Below, in pieces: positions 53,541 through 64,000 of a stretch of 64,000 nucleotides of DNA. How positions within the stretch are numbered: the stretch's first letter is position 1; every line of letters starts with the position of its first letter. The stretch spans positions 30,442,001 to 30,506,000 of the forward strand of contig OX597836.1 in assembly GCA_951406725.2 (NCBI GenBank), read 5' to 3'. The position numbers were made by a program, and so were the translations under genes. A model generated the notes under the pieces. That model searched no databases and was not told where the DNA came from. It saw nothing but the letters and a program-made list of their open reading frames with translations. Origin of the DNA: Octopus vulgaris (lineage: Eukaryota).

Positions 53541-54494
53541 TGAAACCAACAAATGAAAGTAAAATGTGGGTTCTAGACTTGCTGCAAAGAGCATCTATCT
53601 CCTTCATACAGGTGAAAGATAGCATAACTGTAGGCATGGTTATGCAGGTAAAACATTCACTTCACATCTATGTTCAATATCAATACACACCACTTTCAGT
53701 TTTTTGTGGGGGGTATTTTTTTCTCATTTCTTTTCTCCATAGTCAACTTAGCCTTTCGTCCTTTCAGAGTTGATAAAATCAAAGAAAGGATGAAATTAAA
53801 GAAAGGATGAAAGGCAAAGTCGACCTCAGCGGAATTTGAACTCAGAACGTCAAGCTGACCAAAGTCTTGCAACAGAAATTCCATAGACAACAACGTTATA
53901 GAGAACAGAGCTGACTTGAGAGACTAAAAAACAATAACAACCACAACAGAAAATTTAAAATTCAAAATAGTTCCAAAAGGTCAGTTAAGTCCACTGACTT
54001 ATAAATTTGCCATTTAGAAAACAATATATTTCCAACTGCTCTCTAGTGTTGTTGGAAACAAAATACCCAGCAAGTGAGTTACATGGTTCAGATCCCATCA
54101 GTACATCTGTTTGTCTTTTCTGTCTCAAATTGGCTTTTATAATATATATTTCCAGTTAATTCCAAAAACTACAACATTATTGTAGGTATGTTGATGATAT
54201 ATTGTAAATTAATTACTAAATCATTAATTCATTACTAAAAATGGTAGCTATTATAATTGAATTCGCCCAGACAAATACATTCATATATTTCCAATTAAAA
54301 AAGCTACAGGGCTATTGTATAATACGTTCATAAGATAGTGTTAATTAATTATTTGTATTGTTAATTAACTACAAACAAGGTAGATATTTCTATTTGAAAA
54401 TGTTATATATTACAAAGCAACAAGAAAACAGTTTAAACCAATGGAATTAACATCAATAAAAAGATGCTATTTTTTGTAGAAATATTAATTTCTG

Positions 54495-54702
54495 ACAGGC
54501 ACAAAAACCAGAAATTGGCGAGAGGAGGTCAGTTGAATAAATCCACCCCAATACATGGCAGCTACTTTATTTTATAAATCCAGGAAGGAGGGAAAGCAAA
54601 GTTAACCTCAGCTGGATTTGAACTCAGAACAAGAAGACTTGTAACTAAATACTGTAAAGTATTTTGTCCACTGCCCTCATGATTCTGCTAATCCATCACC
54701 CA
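54495..54702 (-). mobile_element. SINE B, old copy
   Basis: ggatttgaactcagaac..ttttgtcca..gattctgc. Confidence 0.65.
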
Positions 54703-57346
54703 TTTTTAAATAGAAATATTGAAAATACTATCAATAAACAAATTATCTTTGTATAACAGTCATAAAACTTAAAGCTACTGGACTATTGTTTTCCACCTAC
54801 AGGGCTTTCTGATTCAGTTATTGATAACAAAGATGAAGAATGAGTGAGTGAATGTGTGTGTGTGTTTCTAACCTAACTTCGATGTACCTTTGCAGTGATT
54901 ATATTACTTTCTTATCTAACAACCTCATGTACCATTATCCTTAATATACCTTTGCAATTCTTTACATCCATCTTTCTTAGCCAACTTTACTGTGACACTT
55001 ATTTCTCCAAACCTCCTTCAAATCACACCTTACTGTCTTAAAAACAGAAAGGAGATACTAAGTGTTAGTCAATATATGAAATCTCACAAAAAATTAACTA
55101 AGTCCACATTTAAGTGATTGTTTCACCTTCTATAAATAAAAAAAAACAAATCACACTCAGTTTTTTTTTTTTTAATATTTTGTGGTCTATCCTTTGCGTG
55201 TCCATTTTGTGCCCAAAGCAACAATACTATTTATGATTTAGAATAGCAGCATCACAAAAACAAGCAAGACAACTGGCAGAATGAAAGCCAATTTTTCTAG
55301 ACTTAAATTTCTATAATTGTAGCTTCGAGATCACAAGCCTCCTAGCTTGATTCCACTGCATGCCATCTTGAGCAGGTGGCATTTACCATAGTCTCTAGTC
55401 AACCCTAACCTTGGGTAAGTAGAAACTGCACAGTAGTTAATTGGGTAGACTGTTCTTATAATTCAAAAGATCCAGTTAGCCATATCGCACATTGTGTCAT
55501 GTTGGTATTGCTCGAGAATTAGATTGAGAGTATGTGTGTCTGTAGAATACTCAGTCACTTACACAACAAAGTTTGATGAGAAGATTGCTCAGTTGATCAA
55601 GCAACTGAATACTCATTGTGTATGAGTATGTTTTACCATTATACATGGCATTACACAAGGTAGTATGCTATTTTAAAGAAAAAAAACTTAAAACAGATAT
55701 AAAGAAAAAAGTATGTTAAAAGACATAACAAGATTTCCTGTTAGTATTAGAATAGAAAGTTATAGAAAAATGAACAGTTTACCATAGTAACTGCTAAAAA
55801 GAGCAGATGAAAAAGATATATTAGAATGAAAATAAAAGACCAAATAAATAATCTACCAAAGAGAAATTCATCTTCAGTTGAGAATTTCTTTCTTCTGTTA
55901 TTGTTTTTGTTTCAATGTTCAAATTGATAAGTTGCTAAGACAATATATTCAATAAATGGAAGTGTTCTTAGCTTGAGAGGTTATCAGCTAAAAGCCTACA
56001 ATGTATCTAAACTAGATGATATAATTTTTCTCCCCTTCACCATCTTCAGACTGTATACTTTCACACTATTACACCTTACTAAACAAACAACATTTTAATC
56101 CAATTATCTCATGTAAAGTAATGAGCAAACTTTCCACATACATCACCTCTTTTATTTACTTGTTCTTTTTATCATACAAGATTTGTGTGCCTGAGTTGTT
56201 TGCAGTATTGCCTCTTACCATTTATTGGAATAAAACTATTCCCCAACACCACCACCACACACACACTCTTTTGGCTTTGTTTTTCTTTTAACCAAAACAC
56301 TGAAAGATATTATCACCAGAGTTCTTCAATATTATAAAACAGAACGATTGTTTGGCACAATTCAGATATAATATAAACAATCTTAAAAGTTATCCCTTTC
56401 TACTAAAGTTTATTTCAAGGAGGTTCTGATGAGATTTTACTCCGCACTTGTCATCAACAGAGAGTAGGTATTCAAGAGAAAAACACACAATAGAATTTAT
56501 TTTGAGTTAAATACTAAAAGTTCAGGTATAAACATGAGAAATGATTTATGATCAATAGTAATCGTTAAAACAATTATTCGCTCCATTTATCTGAATCTAA
56601 AAGCTGATTGATTTCAAATTATAAACAGCATTATACAAATAATATCAGACAAAAAGAAATGTCACAACAGAACTTCAGTTTTACTGAATCTCTCAAAACT
56701 TTAGGTCTTACAAATAAACGGAAACTTAGCTTAAATAAAAGCAATGAAATAAATGGAAGGGAGCCAAGACACCTCTTAGGGAAGTTTGGTTATAAAAACC
56801 AATAGACAATAAGCCATTCAGAAAATATAAGTAGGAGAACTTATCATAAACAAAGAATTATTCAATAGAAAAGTTGCTAGAACCTATTGAATTTAAAGTA
56901 AACTTTGAAAGGTTAATTGCAAACACCTACAATAATAAATCTTATATTGTACTTTTACTTAGCATTAAAATCATAAACCTAAATTCTAATTCATTTCTAA
57001 CTTCAATTCTTTGTTAAGTGTATATGTGAAATATAAAATTCAAGATCAACACCAGATTCTGGTTTGTTCAATAAATGTTAATTAATAGTTGACCAAGGCT
57101 GAAAAGTACTATAATTGTAATTAAGAAATACATTACTGCATCACCCAATTTAGTGGTTTGCATACTGATCAATTCAAGAACTTTAGAAACTTAGACACCT
57201 CATCCTTTTAGTAGCAACCCACTTGAGAGCACCTCAATTTTCATTTTCAGTTTTACTTCAGAGAGGAGCAGTCCTATGGCCTTTGCAGGCTCTTCAAGAG
57301 CAGTAAGACTGTTGTTAACATTCTGCCTAAGCCTTTTAGTATTATA

Positions 57347-57705
57347 CTAGCAGTATCGCCCGGTTTGTAAGGGAAATAACTATAAAGCATTTTTAGAGAG
57401 TTATAGCCAAAAAATGGAAAAAAATGATGGTAAATTTTTTTTTAGTTAAAAAAGGTGGAGTTGCGTCCCCTAGACAGTTTGCGGTTTGTGTTTCTGATTC
57501 TCGACCCCATGTCGAATTTATCGATTTTTTTCAGAACTGGGGGAACTTTTCAAAATTTTCGCTGCGTTAGTTTTGAATTATGACATTGGGCTATGTGTGT
57601 GTCAAGTTTCATCAGAATCGGTTGAAAGCCGTGGTCAGGGTGAGGGTACAAGCAAACAGACACACAGAAAACGCACAGACAAACTGCCGTTTATATAGAG
57701 AGAGA
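57347..57705 (-). mobile_element. Non-autonomous Helitron-like element nested in MITE F
   Basis: A|TC...CTAG|T termini; closely similar to 48957-49339. The flanks join into family F sequence (57330-57882). Confidence 0.85.
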
Positions 57706-57934
57706 TTTCTGTTGAAATGCACTACCTTTATTTCAATTAATTTTTAAGAATTGTCATTTTTAAACTGGTGTTTGAAACATAATTAACAAGACATTTTAAT
57801 GGAAGATTTTAATTTACATCTCTTTAAAACACAAAATTTGTCTCATGGAACCAGGAAGCAGATTGGTATAAAAAAAGTTTAAATTGCTACATAAACAGGA
57901 AAGAAGTTCCAAAGCATGTGTGTGTGTGTGTGTG

Positions 57935-57983
<49 letters not shown>

Positions 57984-58368
57984 TGAGGTAACGGGGAGGA
58001 GGCTGAGCATTGTGCTACTCCTGAATGGAGTGACACAATATGGGCGATAAGAGGAGGAGAGAGGGAGTGAATCAAGAGTACTAGAATGGAGGTAGTACAA
58101 GATCAACCAACTCTGAAGAGCAGAGACCATTATAGAAATAGTAGAAAATATAGGAAAGAGGTTGGAGTGTGTATGAGTGACCTCAGCGATCAAGTAGCTT
58201 TACTCAAGATGTTACCTAAGGTGTTTGAGTCTAAACAGCAGGAATATCCTAGATATCGGAACAATACTCTATTGTAGATCTTGTTTGAGTTTTGTAATTC
58301 CAGTAATTGCTACAAATCTGTTTTGAGCCAAACAGAGAGACAATTTGATAGAATGGTTACAGCTTTAA

Positions 58369-58578
58369 CCCTTTAGTGTTCACATTATTCTGCCAAAACT
58401 AATGCTTTTTGTCCTCATTGTTTTGAACTAATCATGCATTATCTTGAGGCTATGAGATTTCGATGAGGTAGCTGTTAATTTTTAAAACGATATTGTAGGG
58501 TTGGTGTGAGAGACCAGATCTGGCCAGTTTTAACATAAAACATGCAGAATACTTTTGGCCGGTTTAAATGCTAAAGGG
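58369..58578 (+). mobile_element. piggyBac-type MITE G with intact TTAA flanks
   Basis: ttaa|ccctttagtgtt ... aatgctaaaggg|ttaa. Confidence 0.9.
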
Positions 58579-59267
58579 TTAACACATGATAGAATGGTTA
58601 CAACTGAAATAGACTTGGTTATAGATTTGATCATTATAGATTTGCTCAATTTGGACTAAACAGCGACAATTTTGTTCAAAATGTGCATATTAAAAAATAA
58701 ACCTTCCATCGTAATTTTAGGTAAGAATCTTTTATGTGCAATGTTCAAGCAACAGCTAAATGATGCCTAAAAGTTATCTTACTAAACCCCACCACAAAAT
58801 TTTCAACTATTTTCAAAAATTATCTGAAACATTTAGTAGACTATGTATTTCATTGAAAATATGAAAAGCGAGAGAGAGTATGAATGGGTGAAACTAGAAC
58901 TTAAGTGTGTAGCATAAATAAACACCACAATAAAATATGATAGAATATTAGAAAGAAAATTATATATGTGATAAGTACTTGTTCATATCTTATTAAAATA
59001 AGATTTTTTTTTCATTTTAAATTATCTTTTGATTACACAGTGCCAACATATACTAGATATCAAAATAAAATGATACAGGTAAATATACTTGCAGTTCAAT
59101 AAAGACAATATTTTGTGAAAAATATAGGTAACAATTTATTCACTATTTGTTGTTATTATTTTTCTAGTTTTCAAAACTAAATTTTGTTTTCAAAGCTATC
59201 ATAAAATAAAAGAGAATATAACATTTCATGATTATCACTCCTATTCCACTCTGTAAAATGTAATATA

Positions 59268-59313
<46 letters not shown>

Positions 59314-59853
59314 ATGACCGACCAGACCATCAGATGTTGCTATATATATATATTCAATGATGTATTTAATAATTATGTATATACACATGATTATTTTAAA
59401 TACATCGTATACACTATGTATTTTATTCATCACTAACTACTACTTTTATAATGATTCAGCGGTGGTGCCCCAGTATGGCCGCAGCCTTCGGGCTGAAACA
59501 TTTTTAAGGATTTTTTTTTAAGGATAGGTGCAAATCCTAACATTCAGTGGTATGTGTATATTCAATTATATCAACTCTCAATACTTGTACTTATTCTATT
59601 GACCCCTGAAAAATGAAAGGCAAAGTTGATTTCAGCTGGATTTGAACTCAAAACACCAAAATATTCCAGTATATTCTACAAGGTGTTTTGCTCATCACTC
59701 CACTAATTCTAATAATCCACTATTCTCACTACTACTCCAACATGTTGTTGTTGTTGTTATTGTTAAGTGGCAATTGTTGTTTAGCATCAGATCAACCCTG
59801 GTCAAGCAAATCTATGAAGAAAGGCATTTTTGCTGACCATCCTGTCTTTTTAA

Positions 59854-60078
59854 CCCTTTTTTTAAATACCATATTTCTGTCAAAATACATTACCATTGCT
59901 TCAATACATTTTGAAAGTAATGTAGAAGTTAGTAAGATAACTTTGCCATTATTAAAATGGCGCCTTGAACATATATTAATATAACATTTTGATAAAAATT
60001 TTAATTTGGATCACTTTAAGGTGGAAAGCTGGCATCATGGATCCAGATGAAATCTTGGGTGGGCTGGTATCAAACAGG
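59854..60078 (+). mobile_element. piggyBac-type MITE F
   Basis: ttaa|ccctttt..ataccatatttctg ... ggtatcaaacagg|tta. Other copies near 50590-50711 and 62862-63057. Confidence 0.7.
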
Positions 60079-60808
60079 TTACACAAATTCTGACAATTTA
60101 TCTAAAATTACATTATCTTTCTCTTTTTAAGATAAGCAGGGTGTAATTTGAGAAGATTTGGTTACTGCTTCTAGCTGATTTACAACACACAGTCCCTTGT
60201 ATTGTTACTGAATATTATATATTCATTCATAAAAGCAACCAAAAATTAGAATATTATTCAAAGTCTGCGAATTTCAACTAAAGTTAGAATGTATTTTATT
60301 TTTAATATATATGATCTGCTAGTAATAGCAAACAAATCTCCCTCAAATTACACCTTACCATCTTCAAAAAAACAGAAAAGTACACACTAGATAATATAGA
60401 CCTAGGTATACCTATAAAAATAAACAGGATGGTCTTGGAAAGAATGTATTTGCACATAGGTCTGACATAAGACAAGAACAACATGACTCTTCAACAACGT
60501 AACAAAGGAGCCCCTTTGAGGTCAATCAACCTGCTAGAAACAGTCGACTAATATTCTAATCACATCCTACTGGCTAAAAAAAAGTATACATTGTACAATA
60601 TAGTCTTAGATATACTATCGTTCAATAAAAAAAAGAGGATGATTATGCCTGGAATACCTACAGCTGTAAGTTTGTTCAACCAGAGATGATACGGGGTAAA
60701 TAACAAAAACAACAACAAGGTCCCAGATATATTATGTCTGGATAAAATACAGGCTGGTCAGGTTAGAACACTTTTAACCTGAAGTCTACTTTATTGGAGT
60801 TAGCTTAA

Positions 60809-61029
60809 CCCTAATGCATTGCAACTAACCATATCTATCCAAAATACTCTACTTGCTATATTTTCACACTCACCATATCTAGTGTATCATACCTACCCTA
60901 CAACATCATTGTGAAAGTAAACAATTATATCACTGAAATCTTAAAATCACAAGATAATGCTTGATTAATTCAAACCAATGTGAATAAATAAGCATTACAT
61001 TTGACAAAGTAATCTGAAATGCTAAAGGT
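60809..61029 (-). mobile_element. piggyBac-type MITE G
   Basis: ttaa|ccctaatgcatt ... aatgctaaaggt|ttaa; body matches 40345-40561. Confidence 0.8.
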
Positions 61030-61379
61030 TTAAACAACAAGAACATCTGTATTGCTAAGTTAGAAAATGTTGGGTTTAACTGCCAAGCCATTTTGCAAAT
61101 AATAAATTGCATGGATCAATCGAAATGTTTTGTAAAGATAAAGGCCAATCTTTAGATCTGGGGTGGGGAACTTCTTTTACATGTAAAGGTTGCACTGAAT
61201 TAAGTGTGAACTAATAAGGCCATATTAAAGATTTATTTTTTTCCATATGAGAAAATGTGATTACATTTATTGCTTAAAATATAATTAAAAATATTGAAGT
61301 CAGGAACAAAAATGTAATCAAATATATATATATAAATATATATATAAAATGGCTTTTTATTTATATTAGTGACACAGAA

Positions 61380-61970
61380 AAAATAAAATTGTTGACAGTT
61401 TGTTACCTAGGTGACCTAGTTAGAAATGGAGAGGCTTCTTGGAAGAGTAGCGTAACTGGAGAAAGAATGAAGTGGAAAAAGTTTAGAGATCTGTTAGCTC
61501 TGCTGACAACAGAGATTTTTCTCTTTCAGTGAAGGGCAGATTATTTTATGCTTGTGAATAAAGAGCAACGCTATATGGCAGAGAGGTAGGCACTATGATG
61601 GTGGTGGTGGGTCTGGGAAGGCTGGAAAGAAATGAAAGAAATGTACATAAATGATGGAGCACAAATGAGATGTGAGAAAAACAGGGTTATCAGTAGAATC
61701 AGGAGCAGTGTGCAAGACAGAAGACTGTACTGGGACAGGCATGTGATGTGTACGGAGGACGACAGTGGGATAAAGAAATGTCAAGAGACACAAGTGGAAA
61801 GAAGAAGCAGAATATGGAAGATTTGGGAGGAAGTGGTGAAGGCTGCTCTCAAGAAATTGATTCTCACAAAGAAAATAACAAAGGCCCACAATAAGGGTGA
61901 AGAGGTGTGTAAGAAAAGACCCTCCAGCTCATGCAAGCTTGGAGGAACAAACATGAAAATGATGATGATG
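61380..61970 (+). mobile_element. Old RTE LINE 3' fragment
   Basis: IVDS..YLGDLV, WKKFRDLLALL and RRLYWDRHVM motifs; (gat)n tail. Confidence 0.8.
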
Positions 61971-63061
61971 ACATCATCAACATGAAAAAGCCAAATACTA
62001 AATCTGACACTTTCATGTGTACGTGTAAAAAATGCTGCTGATGTAAACAGCATCTGTAATCATTCTATGGTTGATAAAATAAAGCTTGTTGTTGGTAGTT
62101 TCTCGTGTCTAATAAAGATGATTCTACAATTTTTTGCTGCACAGATGATTCATTTAGTGATCAAATGTTTGTGTTGTATGTAAGCTTATTCCCACCATCA
62201 AATCGACATCACTTTTGCTGGTGTACAGTGTACCACATATCGGATGATGGGATTGCTCAAGAACACAACACATCACCTGGTCTGGAAATCAAACCCACAA
62301 TCTTGTGATCAACAGCCTAATCACTAGGTCACATACCAAATAAAGTAAAGTACCACTCAAGTATTGGGGGTAAAATTAATAATTCCAATGAAGCATCAGG
62401 TATGTGTGAATGAAATTGTAGTAGAAGACAAGAAATACATGCAAACACTTTTTCAAAGTACAGTAATTGTATTTCTTCTAGGATTACCTGATCACTCTTA
62501 GCAATTACATTAACCTTGTTTTTGTGTTTTTTAAATGTTTTTTTCAATTTTAATTTTTCTATGATATTTTTTATGAGCTTATCTTAAAATACATATAAGT
62601 TATTGACTGCTGCATTTAACACTTATGAAATAGTCTTATCAGCTGTCAGAAACCCAAGCAACTAATTAAAATAAACCCACATATTTTTGCTTAGCACTGC
62701 TCCTTCTATTGATTTTAGCGCCACCACCCCTCAGACACACACACACAAATGTATTGAAATACTTTCCATTAACTGATCTTTCACTACATGTTATCACGTT
62801 TTGTATATGTATCCCTGTGCAACTATCCTTTGTTTGCAACAGCAGAATCATACATTTAAGTTAACCCTTTGGTAACTATATATCTAATAAGTAAATTACG
62901 TGTTTCAATTAAGTTTTCATTATTATCAAGATTTTCTAACTTTATATATTGTTATATGTTGGTGCAGACTGAAATCTCACATTCATATTATGAGATTTTC
63001 ATTGAGATTTTAATTAAAGTATGAACACTTTAGTACACACAGACACAAATGAGTTAAACCT

Positions 63062-63468
63062 ACAATCTCAAACAAGTTTTGAACCACAGACTGGTTTCAA
63101 TGCAAGACAATTTTTCCATGCACTGGAGGATCACCTGCATAACAGAACACAAATGTGGCTCAGTATCAAATGATCCATGACCTAAGTACTGGTCAATGAC
63201 CTAGTACTGGTCCATGACCTAGTACTGGTCAATGACTTAGTACTGGTCCATGACCTGGTATTGGTCTATGGACTGGTACTGGTCCATGGCTTGGTATTAG
63301 TCCACAGCTGGGTACTGGACCACAGACTGGTACTGGTCCATGGATTGGTACCGGTCCATGGCCTGGTACAAATCCAGGGTCTGGCACATGGCCTGGTACT
63401 GGTCCACAGCCTGGTACAAGTTCATGGCCTAGTACTGGTCCACAGCCTGGTGGTTGGGGTTCCTTGCA
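63062..63468. mobile_element. hAT Charlie/MER1-like MITE with an internal 18-bp tandem array
   Basis: Left end gactggtttcaatgcaagacaatttttccatg; right end ggtccacagcctggtggttggggttccttg; array at about 63165-63455. Confidence 0.65.
63165..63455. repeat. 18-bp minisatellite (ctggtactggtccatggc)n, about 15 copies
   Basis: Seen directly; it gives the HGLVLV-repeat ORF. Confidence 0.92.
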
Positions 63469-64000
63469 TTAAGCAGCATATAAAACAGCATCAGTAGATA
63501 GCTCTACATAGTCACTCAAACTATGAATAGTGGGAGCCAAATTACCTTCAAATTATATAGCATAGCACAATGAAGAGACACAGATATTGCTAGCTGCAAC
63601 ACCCAGCATTTTAAATTCTTTCTAGATCCCTAAATTTATAAAAAAGAAAAAAACTCTAGCCCAGTGCTAATGCATCTTGCTCTTCCTCCAGCTACCATAG
63701 TTACTATACGGACACTTGAACTAATCAGTGAAAAACATGGTACACGCTGATACCAAGTCATCATGGGGTTGCAAGTAATGACTCTAGTAACCTTCTAAAC
63801 TAAGCAGCTGTCATGCCTTCGTGTACTCAAATTTACTGCAAGCATTAGCACCTGGCTAATTTCAAAAGCTAGTACCACCTTGTTAGCATCACAGAAGTAG
63901 GTATTTCTGTTATACATCTTCATGAGATAGCAAACTCATAATTACTGTCAGTGTAAGTGTGTTCCAGCCTTCCAAATATAAGATTTATTTATTCCTGCAA

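Noticed and set aside
61632-61985. 117-aa ORF as a host gene
   Set aside because: It is a decayed RTE C-terminus running into the (gat)n tail.
63261-63497. HGLVLV repeat protein
   Set aside because: It is the translation of an 18-bp minisatellite inside a MITE-like element.

Overview
AT-rich, gene-poor eukaryotic DNA, probably intronic or intergenic. The repeat content suggests an octopus-type cephalopod, an inference from repeat families I recognise and not verified by a search. No host protein-coding exon can be supported. The ORF track is mostly translated microsatellites and decayed retroelements. The window holds many tRNA-headed SINEs with interchangeable heads and tails, RTE-clade LINE fragments (one keeps an RT motif and a PHD-like Cys/His finger), TTAA-flanked piggyBac-type MITEs, hAT MITEs, two Helitron-like elements and large compound microsatellites. 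The most notable signal is a set of minimal type-I hammerhead-ribozyme-like folds from several sequence families. They lie mostly next to (TA)n tracts, show covarying stems and have palindromic stem III. Each copy carries at least one defect. Family labels A-H are my own, and many repeat boundaries are approximate.
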